Below the pieces are notes generated by a model. That model saw only the letters and a program-made list of their open reading frames with translations, was not told the DNA's origin and ran no database searches. Shown piece after piece: positions 10,398-19,532 of a stretch of DNA of 64,000 nt (positions are counted from its first letter, which is position 1; every line of letters starts with the position of its first letter). Made by a program: the position numbers and the translations under genes. This DNA is from Polyangiales bacterium. GTDB taxonomy: Bacteria; Myxococcota_A; Polyangia; Polyangiales; Ga0077539. The stretch lies in the NCBI GenBank assembly GCA_044229975.1, contig JBGARZ010000003.1, positions 608,001 to 672,000 of the forward strand, given 5' to 3'.

Positions 10398-11858
10398 GTG
10401 ATCCGCGTCGATCGTGCCAGCGCGGCGGAGAACGCGTCAACCTCCGCGCATTCCGCACCCCTCGCCCTGTGGTCGCTTGCCATCGCCGCGTCGATCGTCA
10501 TCGGCCCGCGCGCGCCGCTCTATTGGGACAGCCTCGGCTACGTCGAGCAGGCCATCACCGGCCGCGTCGGGGGCCTTCTCCTCGGCCGTCCGCTCTTCAT
10601 CCTCGTCTCCCACGGCCTCGCCCGCGCCGCTGTCACCCTCGGCCTCTCGCCCTGGTCGCTGGAGCCCCTGCTCCGCCACGCGTGGCTCTTCGTCGCCGCC
10701 CTCGCCGCGCCGCTCGCCGCCGCCCTCGCCCGCCGCGTCGGCCTCGGCGCGCGCGCTTCCCTCATCGCCGGTCTCCTCGTCGCGCTCTCGCCCGCCGGCG
10801 CGCACACCCGCGACGCCGTGCTCACCGACGGGCCCGCCACCGCCGTCGTGCTCCTCGCGCTCGTCTTCGCCGCGGGTGCTCCCACCGCGCGCAACGCGCT
10901 GCTCTCCGGGGCGTCACTCGGTCTCGCGTTTGGCCTCCGCGAGCAGGCCGCGCTGCACCTCTCCACGGCGCTCCTCCTCGGCGCGATGGCCTCTCCGCGA
11001 CGGCGCTGGCGCGACGCATCCCTCCTCGCGCTGGGGTTCGCCGTCGTCGCCGCGACGCTCCTCCTCCTCGCCTGGAACTCCAACCCCGACTACCCCGCCA
11101 CCCTCTCCCGCTGGCTCCACGGCATGGCGCTCGAACGCCTCGAAGCCCGCGACCCAGTCGAGAAGGTCACCCGCTACGCGCTGTGGCTCGTCGCCCTCTC
11201 GCCCATCGCCCTCGGCGCCACCATCGCGTGGTGGGTGCGCGCCCGCGATCGCTGGTGGCTCGCGCTCATCCCCGCCACGCTCGGTCTGCTCGCGCTCTCG
11301 CGCTACCAGGACATCGCCTGGTCGCCGCGCTACCTGCTGACGGAGTTTGTCGTCGCCACGACGCTCCCGGCCGCCGCGTGGCTCGACCGCGCCTTCCCGC
11401 GCCGCGTCGCGCACCTCGCGTGGTTGCTCCCGTCGCTCGCGTTGCTCCCCATCGCGGGCCATCTCCTGCACGCCCGACAGCGCCCGCTGCAATCGCTCGT
11501 CGCCGCGCTCCCCGACCGTCTCCGGCGTCTCCCTCCCGACGCGCTCATCGTCACGGGGCAACCCTGCGCCGCCGTTCGTCTCGACGCGCGCATCGCCACG
11601 ACCTGGCCCGCCGCGTGGTCCGCCCCTCCCCCGCGCTGGACCACCCTCTGCCCCGGCTGGTCGTGGCCCGCCAACCCAGCGGTCCATCTCGACGCCGCGC
11701 TCGCCCGCGGGACCACCGTCGTCCTCGACCTCCGCGACGCCGCCTGGATCGGCGCCCCACAACGCCGCCGACGCGACGAGCTTGCCCGCTTCGCCGCCGA
11801 GCACGCGCGGGACCCGCGGGTGATTTCGTGGCGCGATGGGAGCAACGCCTCGCGGTAG
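10398..11858 (+). CDS. Polytopic membrane protein, GT-C-like glycosyltransferase
   Basis: WDSLGY after the first TM, GRPLF, ~10 hydrophobic segments, PRYLL near the last TMs; start uncertain. Confidence 0.55.
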   Translation: MIRVDRASAAENASTSAHSAPLALWSLAIAASIVIGPRAPLYWDSLGYVEQAITGRVGGLLLGRPLFILVSHGLARAAVTLGLSPWSLEPLLRHAWLFVAALAAPLAAALARRVGLGARASLIAGLLVALSPAGAHTRDAVLTDGPATAVVLLALVFAAGAPTARNALLSGASLGLAFGLREQAALHLSTALLLGAMASPRRRWRDASLLALGFAVVAATLLLLAWNSNPDYPATLSRWLHGMALERLEARDPVEKVTRYALWLVALSPIALGATIAWWVRARDRWWLALIPATLGLLALSRYQDIAWSPRYLLTEFVVATTLPAAAWLDRAFPRRVAHLAWLLPSLALLPIAGHLLHARQRPLQSLVAALPDRLRRLPPDALIVTGQPCAAVRLDARIATTWPAAWSAPPPRWTTLCPGWSWPANPAVHLDAALARGTTVVLDLRDAAWIGAPQRRRRDELARFAAEHARDPRVISWRDGSNASR

Positions 11859-11872
11859 TGTGGCCGCGCGCC

Positions 11873-12556
11873 ATGCGAATCCTCGCCCTCGACACCAGCA
11901 CCGCCAGCGCGTCCGTCGCCGTCGTCGACGACGAGGTCGTCCTCGCGGAGGTCACGCGCCGACTGACCACCGGCCACGCGACGCAGCTCCTTGGGGTCAT
12001 CGAGCAGGCGCTCACCCTCGCGGGCGTCGCCCTCACGCAGCTCGACGCGCTCGCCATCGGCCGCGGTCCGGGGTCGTTCACCGGGCTGCGATCGGGCCTC
12101 GCCACCATCCGCGGCCTCACGCTCGCGACCGACCTCCCGCTGTGGGGTGTCGGCTCGCTGCGCGCGCTCGCGGCCGTCGTCGCGACGCCCGGGACGCTGA
12201 GCCTCGTGTGCACCGACGGTCGGCGCGACGAGCTCTTCGCGCAGGGCTTCGACGGCGACGACGAGTGGCTCCCGCTGCTGCACGTCGCGCCCGAGGAGAT
12301 CGGCGCGCGCGCGCTCGAAGCCGCGGGAGGGCGGCCGATCGTGGTCTGGGGCGACCTCCAGCCGACGGCCGTCGCGAGGCTCGCGACGAGTGATCGCTTC
12401 GTGGTTCGGCCACGCGCACTCGGCTCACCGAGCGGTCGTGGCGTGGCGCTGGAGGTACTCGCCGGCCGCGCCCTCCGCGACGACGGAACCATGGAGCCGC
12501 TCTACATCCGCCCCCCCGACGCGAAGCTGCCGAAGATGGTGCAGGGCGCGCGATGA
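11873..12556 (+). CDS. tsaB: tRNA t6A biosynthesis protein TsaB
   Basis: ILALDTST, GPGSFTGLR, EPLYIR. Confidence 0.95.
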   Translation: MRILALDTSTASASVAVVDDEVVLAEVTRRLTTGHATQLLGVIEQALTLAGVALTQLDALAIGRGPGSFTGLRSGLATIRGLTLATDLPLWGVGSLRALAAVVATPGTLSLVCTDGRRDELFAQGFDGDDEWLPLLHVAPEEIGARALEAAGGRPIVVWGDLQPTAVARLATSDRFVVRPRALGSPSGRGVALEVLAGRALRDDGTMEPLYIRPPDAKLPKMVQGAR

Positions 12557-13002
12557 GGGCCGTCGCGCAGCGCGTGGCGAGCGGGCGCGTGGTGGTCGCG
12601 GGCGAGACCGTGGGCGCGATCGCGAAGGGCCTGCTCGTGTACCTGGGCGTGGGCGCCGGGGACGACGAGACCGCGGCGCAGTACATCGCCGACAAGGTCG
12701 TCGGCCTGCGGGTCTTCGAAGGCGACGACGGGAGGATGACCCTCGACCTGGCGGCCGTCGGCGGCGCGGTGCTGCTGGTGTCGCAGTTCACGCTCTACGG
12801 CGACGTGCGCAAGGGTCGTCGGCCGTCCTTCGAGCGCGCGATGGAACCCGTCGCGGCGGAGGCTCTCTACCGCCGCGTGGCGGAGCTCATCCGGGCCAGA
12901 GGGGTCGTGGTAGAAACGGGGGTGTTTCGCGCGGACATGCTGGTGGAGAGCGTCAACGAGGGGCCCGTGACCATCCTCATCGACAGCACGCGCGCCTTCT
13001 GA
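12553..13002 (+). CDS. dtd: D-aminoacyl-tRNA deacylase
   Basis: MRAVAQRV, SQFTLYG, KGRRPSF, NEGPVT. Confidence 0.97.
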   Translation: MRAVAQRVASGRVVVAGETVGAIAKGLLVYLGVGAGDDETAAQYIADKVVGLRVFEGDDGRMTLDLAAVGGAVLLVSQFTLYGDVRKGRRPSFERAMEPVAAEALYRRVAELIRARGVVVETGVFRADMLVESVNEGPVTILIDSTRAF

Positions 13003-13022
13003 AACTCCGAGGGAGGTCCACG

Positions 13023-14054
13023 ATGTCTCGCTACGTGATCCGAGGGGCGACACCGGACGACGCGACGCAGATGATGGAGCTCGCGCGGCACCTCAACACC
13101 GTCAACCTCCCGCACGACGCCGAGGCCGTCGCGGAGATCCTAGACCTGTCGCAGCGCTCGTTTTCGGGTGCGCTGAAAGACCTGCGGAAGCGGGAGTACG
13201 TGTTCGTCCTCGAAGACCTCGAAGCGGGTCGCATCATCGGGACGAGCAAGATCCTCGCGCAGCTCGGTCGGAGGGACGCGCCGTACATCTTCCTCGACGT
13301 CATCGTGGAGGAGAAATACTCGCAGACGCTCGACCGGCACTTCGTCCACACCGTGCTGCGCCTCGGGCACTCCTACGAAGGCCCGACAGAGATCGGCGGG
13401 CTCATCGTGCTGCCGGAGTTTCGCCTCGTGCCCGAGCGCGTCGGGATGATGATCTCGTACGTGCGCTTCCTCTTCATGGCGATGCACCGCGGACTCTTCC
13501 GCAACGAGGTCGTCGCCGAGCTGCTCCCGCCGCTGCTCCCCGATGGCACGAGCCATCTCTGGGAGGCGCTCGGGCGGAAGTTCACGGACATGAGCTACTC
13601 GGAGGCCGACCGGCTCTCCAAGCGCAACAAGGAGTTCATCAAGTCGCTCTTCCCCAGCGGCGACGTGTACGTGTCGCTGCTGCCCAACGACGCGCAGGAC
13701 GTCATCGGCAAGGTCGGGCGCGAGACCCGCGGCGTCGAGAAGATGTTGCGGCGCATCGGGTTCCAGTACTGCAACCGCATCGACCCCTTCGACGGCGGGC
13801 CCCACTTCCGCGCGGCCACCGACGAGATCCTGCTGGTGAAGAAGACCCGCCGCGGCCCCGTTCGACCCGTCGACGGGGTGGCGGAGGGACAGCGATCCAT
13901 CGTGGCCACCGACCTGAAGGAAGCACCGTACTTCCGCGCAACGAGCTGCCCGGCGATGGTGGCGGACGATGGCGGTGTGAGGGTTCCGCGGGCGGTGTTC
14001 CAGTTTCTCGGGGTGGCCGACGGAGCGGAGATCTCGGTGCTGCCGCTCGATTGA
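13023..14054 (+). CDS. astA: Arginine N-succinyltransferase family protein
   Basis: PTEIGGL, RFLFMA, LWEALGRKF, YVSLLP...QDVIGKV, IDPFDGGP; GGAGG RBS before ATG 13023. Confidence 0.88.
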   Translation: MSRYVIRGATPDDATQMMELARHLNTVNLPHDAEAVAEILDLSQRSFSGALKDLRKREYVFVLEDLEAGRIIGTSKILAQLGRRDAPYIFLDVIVEEKYSQTLDRHFVHTVLRLGHSYEGPTEIGGLIVLPEFRLVPERVGMMISYVRFLFMAMHRGLFRNEVVAELLPPLLPDGTSHLWEALGRKFTDMSYSEADRLSKRNKEFIKSLFPSGDVYVSLLPNDAQDVIGKVGRETRGVEKMLRRIGFQYCNRIDPFDGGPHFRAATDEILLVKKTRRGPVRPVDGVAEGQRSIVATDLKEAPYFRATSCPAMVADDGGVRVPRAVFQFLGVADGAEISVLPLD

Positions 14055-14103
14055 GATCCAGAAAGTTCACCCTGCGGCGGGCGCCCACCTACCCTGCAAA
14101 CCG

Positions 14104-14415
14104 ATGGACGCCCTCCGCGCGCGCTTCACCCTGGCGCTGCCCCTCTTCCTGCTGCTCGTCACCGTGATCGGCGTCCCGACCATGATCTTCGGCGCCAACG
14201 GTCTGCCGCGCCATCGACGACTGCGCGCGCAGCTCACGGCGCAGCTCGACGAGAACCACCGCCTCGCCACGGAGCTGCTGCGCCTGCGGTCGGAGCTCGA
14301 GGCGTTTCAGCGAGACCCGCGGGCGCGCGAGCGGGCCGTGCGCGAAGAGCTCGGCTGGGTGCGTCGGGACGAGATCATCGTGGAGATCCCGGCACAGCGG
14401 GCGCGGTCGCTGTAG
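14104..14415 (+). CDS. ftsB: Septum formation initiator (FtsB/DivIC family)
   Basis: N-terminal TM, FGANG, coiled coil, ERAVREELGWVRRDE. Confidence 0.85.
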   Translation: MDALRARFTLALPLFLLLVTVIGVPTMIFGANGLPRHRRLRAQLTAQLDENHRLATELLRLRSELEAFQRDPRARERAVREELGWVRRDEIIVEIPAQRARSL

Positions 14416-14478
14416 CGACGACGAGGGCCGTCGCTGGTCTGCCCCATGAGCGTGCGGTAGAGGCTTTCCAGGAGCCGC

Positions 14479-14649
14479 ATGGTGATCGTGCTCGGGGTGT
14501 TGTCGCTCGCCTTCATGGGCTGCGCTGCGGGGCTGCCGCTGCTGTCGCCGCAGCCCTCGGCGGGCCCCGGGCTTGCGCCATCGGGGTGTCAGACGGTGTA
14601 CCAGTACGGGTCGCGATACGGCTGGGGCGGCGGCACGCACTGTCGTTGA
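14479..14649 (+). CDS. Small putative lipoprotein, 56 aa (not in ORF track)
   Basis: AGGAG 5 nt before ATG; MVIVLGVLSLAFMGC signal-like start; fills the gap between ftsB and the next gene. Confidence 0.55.
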   Translation: MVIVLGVLSLAFMGCAAGLPLLSPQPSAGPGLAPSGCQTVYQYGSRYGWGGGTHCR

Positions 14650-14659
14650 GCGGCGCGCA

Positions 14660-16453
14660 CTACGGAGCGAGCGACCACCGCCCCGCGAGCGGCTCCGTCG
14701 ACAGTGACGCGGCGATCGCACGGGCCGCGGCCACTCGTTCCGCCATCGGTCGATCGTCATAGAACGACACGCTCGCTGCGCCCCCGGTGATGGGCTCCAA
14801 CACTTCAGGAGCCGAGTGGATCCGCTCGTCGAGCACGATCGCGACGAGGTGGCGCACCGACGCGCGGGTGAGCGCCTCGAAGGCCCGCGCACCCTCTGGC
14901 GTAAACACGACCCGCACGTACGGACTCCCATCGTCCTCCTGCGTGAGCGCCTCGGCGGACGCGATGTGACGGTTGGTGACGGCGGGCGTCGGTTCGAGCC
15001 GGAGCGCGAAGCACCGTGACTCTGGATGGCGGGAGCTACCGCTGCAGTGGATGCGCGTGACCGCGCCGGGGGCGGACTCGGAGCGGCGTACCACGGGCGC
15101 GAGCGACTCCTCCGTCGGGCCCGCGTACACGGTCGCGTAGGGGCGACCGATGACGCGAATCGCCAGCCCCTCGATGGTCGGACCGTTCGAGGGCATGAGC
15201 GGCTCCTGATCGTCCGAAGCGCGATAGATCGCGAAGTCTCCGCGAGGTAGCAGCGACGCCACGACGGCCCGCGCGTCTCCGTCGACCACGGCCACGCGCA
15301 ACGAGATGCGACCGCCGTTGGCCTCGGCCACCTCGGCGCGGTGGTGCAGCGCGCGCAGCCGTTCGACCAGGCGCGGTGCGTCGATGGAAGCCGTCGCCTC
15401 GTCGCCGCGGAGTGAGACCGTCGTCCACGCGGGCGACGGATCGAAGGACGCGACCACGTGCGACGGGATACGCCCGCCGTGGGAGACCATGCCCGCGGCC
15501 ACGGCAGCGATACAGGCCAACGGGAGGGCGATCGCCGCCGCGAGGCTCGCGCGCGACGGGGCGTAGGGAGAGCGTTGCCGCAGCCAGCGTGCAATGAGGC
15601 CCGCGACCGCGAGACCCGCCGCGAGCTGAAGAGCGAGCGCGACGAAGGCGTGGGCGTGCCCGGCGCGCTCGGCGAGGAGGCTCACGCGCGACGCGGCGTA
15701 GAGCGGCAGCGGGAGCAGGTCGAGCGGAGACAGCGCCTGCACGCCGCGGAAGAAGCGCTGCGGCCACGAGCGCGGCGACCAGCGCCAGAGCGCGACGAGG
15801 AGCGCCATGGTCGGGACGATGGTTCCAACGACGGTGCCGGCGAAATCGAGGGCGGCGTGGTCGCGTGAAGCGGCGCGGCCGTCGGCGTAGAGCGAGGCGG
15901 CGAGCGAGAGCGTGAGTTCGGCGCACACGAGCGCCATCGGGCCGTGCGCGACGTTGGCGCGGGTGATGACGGTCGCGAGCGCCCACACGGCAGCGCCGCT
16001 GAGGGCGAAGAGGGCCATCAGGCCAGCGCGAAAGGCCCACCCAGGTTCGGCGACGAGGCTGATGTACTCGTGCGTGTGCGCGGACTCCAGCCAGATCGCG
16101 GTGCTCAGACCCTGCGTGACCATCATCAGCCCGAAGATGACGGCAGCGCGGCGGTGCCATCGCCGACGGCGTTGTTCGTCGCGGCCGTGGGTCGCGAGCG
16201 CCAGGACGGCACGCACGACGAGCACCGCGCTCAGCGCCGTCCCGACCAGCGACACGATGTGGCCGCGGCAGTACGGAGCGAAGTCAGAGGGCGACCCGAG
16301 GACGAAAGCTCGCGCGGCGTCGCGGTCGACACCCGGTAGCGGCATCGGGATGAAGTTGCCCGCCACCCAGGCGGCGAGCGCGAGCAACGCGGGCCACCAG
16401 CGGCGCGTCAGCGCGGGAGGGTCTTCGAGCGGCGGATCGCGGTAGGCGGTCAT
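14660..16453 (-). CDS. Fusion of SecY-like N-terminal TM region and SecD/SecDF P1 periplasmic domain
   Basis: IPMPLPGVD, QGL, PGWAFR, ITRANVAHGP (SecY TM1-5-like); VFTPEGARAFEALT...AIVLDERIHSAPEVLEPITGG (SecD P1 head). Confidence 0.7.
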   Translation of the reverse strand: MTAYRDPPLEDPPALTRRWWPALLALAAWVAGNFIPMPLPGVDRDAARAFVLGSPSDFAPYCRGHIVSLVGTALSAVLVVRAVLALATHGRDEQRRRRWHRRAAVIFGLMMVTQGLSTAIWLESAHTHEYISLVAEPGWAFRAGLMALFALSGAAVWALATVITRANVAHGPMALVCAELTLSLAASLYADGRAASRDHAALDFAGTVVGTIVPTMALLVALWRWSPRSWPQRFFRGVQALSPLDLLPLPLYAASRVSLLAERAGHAHAFVALALQLAAGLAVAGLIARWLRQRSPYAPSRASLAAAIALPLACIAAVAAGMVSHGGRIPSHVVASFDPSPAWTTVSLRGDEATASIDAPRLVERLRALHHRAEVAEANGGRISLRVAVVDGDARAVVASLLPRGDFAIYRASDDQEPLMPSNGPTIEGLAIRVIGRPYATVYAGPTEESLAPVVRRSESAPGAVTRIHCSGSSRHPESRCFALRLEPTPAVTNRHIASAEALTQEDDGSPYVRVVFTPEGARAFEALTRASVRHLVAIVLDERIHSAPEVLEPITGGAASVSFYDDRPMAERVAAARAIAASLSTEPLAGRWSLAP

Positions 16454-16523
16454 GGTCGAGCGTTCCCCGTCGGCGCGTTCTGCGCAGAGCGGGACTCTAC
16501 AAGAAGGCGATCGTGGCCCGAGA

Positions 16524-17180
16524 TCAGTTCGCGCCTGCGCGGATCCAGTCTTCGACGAGCGCGATCTCGGCCGCGGTGCGCACCGCGAGCCCGTTGTGGT
16601 TGAAGCCGCAGCCGTCGGTGCGACCGCGAAGGATCGCCACGAGTGAGCTCTGCGCCGGGTCGCACGGGGCGACGTGCAGGCAGTTGCGCCCGCGCACGTT
16701 GACGAGGTTGGCGAAGGCCGTCGCGGCGCTGGTCAGCTCGAAGACCTCGCCCGGATTGCCGTGGCATCGGCTGCTGGTGGTGCAGCCCGCGGGGCGCGAA
16801 CTCGAATCGCCCATCACCGTGTCGTAGATCAACTGGAACTGGGGCGACGGAACGCCACCGTCCGCATGTGAACAGGCCGACCCGTCCGCGCTCGCACTGA
16901 CGTCGACGCCACGATCGATCGGCACGTCCATGGGCGTGGTCGCATCCGTGACGCCACTGTCGAAGCCACGATCGCCGGGGACATCCATCACCGTCGGTGC
17001 GTCGATGCTCGCGCGGTCGATGGGCACGTCGACGACACCGGCGTCACTCCCTGCATCCGCCGCGGGAACATCACTCGCGGCGTCATCGACCACCGCCGTC
17101 TCGGCGCAGCCGATGGCCATCACGACCACCATCCAGCGACCCCGCCTCGACCACCCACGCAGACCTCGACCCGTCGACAT
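16524..17180 (-). CDS. Lipoprotein with DAG/DVP-rich linker and C-terminal cytochrome c-like domain
   Basis: Lipobox AIGC; CTTSSRCH; VAPCDPAQSSL...EIALVEDWIRAGA; start uncertain. Confidence 0.55.
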   Translation of the reverse strand: MSTGRGLRGWSRRGRWMVVVMAIGCAETAVVDDAASDVPAADAGSDAGVVDVPIDRASIDAPTVMDVPGDRGFDSGVTDATTPMDVPIDRGVDVSASADGSACSHADGGVPSPQFQLIYDTVMGDSSSRPAGCTTSSRCHGNPGEVFELTSAATAFANLVNVRGRNCLHVAPCDPAQSSLVAILRGRTDGCGFNHNGLAVRTAAEIALVEDWIRAGAN

Positions 17181-17330
17181 CGCGATGCTCCTCGTCCGCG
17201 TGCGTGGCCGTCGCCTCCGCGATCCGTCATCGCGCCCTTCGATTCGCCCTCCGCCGCTCACAGTGTAGGCACTCGGCCGTTTTCTTGCGGCACCGCTCCG
17301 CCCGCTGCTACCGGCCCTGCCCAGGGTGCG

Positions 17331-19532
17331 ATGCCGCGCATGAACATGGTCGTGCTCTTCGGTTCGGTTCGGCGCGTCGCGCGGGTCGTCGCCGCGCCCG
17401 CGGTCACCCTCGCCGTGGCCGCGCGCATCGCCGATGGGGCCATGCGGCCCGGAACCATCCACGTCCTCGACGGCGTCGTCGTCGGCGCCGGTGCCGTGGG
17501 CCTCGTGCTGCGGCTCATGCCCATCAAGCGTCGCGCGGTCGACGGCGAGCAACCCCCGCTCGACCTCGGCGCGGCCATCCTCTGCCTCTCGCTCACCTAC
17601 GCGCTCACATCCGTCGGCGGCGGCCTCGCCGGTCCCCTCTCGGCGCTCCCGCTGCTGGTGCTGGCCGCGGCCGTCGCGCTCGGCGCCCCCAGGCGCACCT
17701 GGGTCGTCGTCGTCTGCGCGGTTCTCCTCGAGCTCGCCCTCCACCACGCCGCCTTCCCGGCGCTCGACCCGCGCGACCTCGGACTACGCCTCGCCGTCGT
17801 GCTCGGCAGCGCCGCCATCCACTTCATGCTCACGCGCGCCGAGGTGCTCCGCGTGCGCGCCCACGCCCGCACGCTCCTCCACGACGAGCGCCGACGGCAG
17901 CGCGACTCCGCCCGCTCGCTGCGCCTCGGCGCCACCGCCTCGCAGGCGAGCGCGCGCCCGAAGGGGAGCGAAGAGGCGCGCACCCGCGGCAGCCTCGAAG
18001 AGATCCACGCCTCGCTCGTCGGGCTGCTCAACCTCACGCGGCGGACGATGCAGCTCCGCACCTGCGCGCTGCTCTGGGTCGACGCGAAGGGCCAGCACCT
18101 GCGCCTCGTCGAGGCGGCGACGGACGACGCGATCCAGACCGAGCCCATCCCCTCGGGGGCGGGCGCGCTTGGAGCCGTGATGCAGCTCGGTCGGCCGGTG
18201 GCGCTGTCGAGCCTGCGCCCCGACTACGCGGGCCTGCCGTACTACCCGACGCCGTCGGGTGTGCGGTGCTTCGCGGGCGTCCCCGTGATGGACGACGGCG
18301 CCGTGCGCGGTGTGTTGGCAGCCGACCGCGACGACGACCGGGGCTTCACCGCGGAGGAGCAGGCGACGCTGGAGAGCGTGGCGCTCCAGGCCCGGCGGCT
18401 CATCAACAACGAGCGCGTCTTCGCCCGCCTCGAACGCATCAAGAACGACATGACCGCCCTCTTCGAAGCCTCGCGCGCCCTCGGCGAAGCGATGACCGAA
18501 GACCAGTGCCTCACCGCCCTCGCCCACGCCGCGCAGTCCATCGCGCCGCACGACCTGCTGGTGTTCACGGCCTACGACGCGATCGCCGATCGGCACCGCG
18601 TCCGGCACGTCGCGGGTGAGGCGCCCGCCGGGCTCGCGACGGCGGAGTTCGCCGACAACGGTGGCCTCGTTGCGGCCTCGGTGCGCTCACGCGTCGCGCT
18701 GCCGTACCGCGGTCAGGTCGACCCGAAGACGCAGTTCGTGTTCACCAAGGCGCTGCCCCTGAAGACCATGACCTCGGTGCTGGTGCTGCCCCTCGTGGCG
18801 CGCGACAAGGCCCTCGGAACGCTCACCCTCTGCGCCCAGCGCAAGGGCGCCTTTCCCGAGGCCATCCGTCAGCTCTTCGGCGTGCTCGCCTCGCACGCGT
18901 CGGTGACGCTCGCCAACGCCGCCGCGGTGCGCCGCCTGGAGGAGATGGCCACCACCGACCCGATGACGGGGCACCTCAACAAGCGCGCGCTGGAGACGGA
19001 GTTCGAGCAGCGGCTGCGGGCGGCGGCGCGCTTCGGTCGAACGCTCGGGCTCATCGTGCTCGACATCGACAAGTTCAAGACCGTCAACGACACCTACGGT
19101 CACGCCGTGGGTGACGTGGTCATCAAGGGGCTCGGCGCCGTGCTCGGCCGCTGCCGACGCGAGACGGACATCATCGCGCGCTTCGGCGGCGAGGAGTTCG
19201 TGCTGGTGTGCGAGCAGACCGACGCGGCGGGGACCTTCCTGCTGGCCGAGCGCATCCGCGAAGAGCTTCAGCGCGAGGTGTTTCGCACCGAGCACGGGGC
19301 GCTCAGCGTGACCTGCTCGCTCGGCGTGGCGGCGTTTCCGGGCGACGGCGACACCCGCGGCGGGCTCTTCGAGAAGGCCGACCAGGCCCTCTACGCGGCC
19401 AAGCACGGCGGCCGCAACCAGACCCGCTCGGCCTCGCCGGTGGAGGGCGCTGCGGATGGTGCGCGCAAGGCCGCGGTCAGCACGAGGCGCGCGCCGAAGC
19501 CTTCGTCGTCGAAGGTCGCGAAGTCGGCCTGA
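17331..19532 (+). CDS. Membrane-anchored 2xGAF diguanylate cyclase
   Basis: N-terminal TMs, two GAF-like regions, ATTDPMTG, DIDKFKTVNDTYGHAVGD, RETD I-site, RFGGEEF. Confidence 0.92.
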   Translation: MPRMNMVVLFGSVRRVARVVAAPAVTLAVAARIADGAMRPGTIHVLDGVVVGAGAVGLVLRLMPIKRRAVDGEQPPLDLGAAILCLSLTYALTSVGGGLAGPLSALPLLVLAAAVALGAPRRTWVVVVCAVLLELALHHAAFPALDPRDLGLRLAVVLGSAAIHFMLTRAEVLRVRAHARTLLHDERRRQRDSARSLRLGATASQASARPKGSEEARTRGSLEEIHASLVGLLNLTRRTMQLRTCALLWVDAKGQHLRLVEAATDDAIQTEPIPSGAGALGAVMQLGRPVALSSLRPDYAGLPYYPTPSGVRCFAGVPVMDDGAVRGVLAADRDDDRGFTAEEQATLESVALQARRLINNERVFARLERIKNDMTALFEASRALGEAMTEDQCLTALAHAAQSIAPHDLLVFTAYDAIADRHRVRHVAGEAPAGLATAEFADNGGLVAASVRSRVALPYRGQVDPKTQFVFTKALPLKTMTSVLVLPLVARDKALGTLTLCAQRKGAFPEAIRQLFGVLASHASVTLANAAAVRRLEEMATTDPMTGHLNKRALETEFEQRLRAAARFGRTLGLIVLDIDKFKTVNDTYGHAVGDVVIKGLGAVLGRCRRETDIIARFGGEEFVLVCEQTDAAGTFLLAERIREELQREVFRTEHGALSVTCSLGVAAFPGDGDTRGGLFEKADQALYAAKHGGRNQTRSASPVEGAADGARKAAVSTRRAPKPSSSKVAKSA

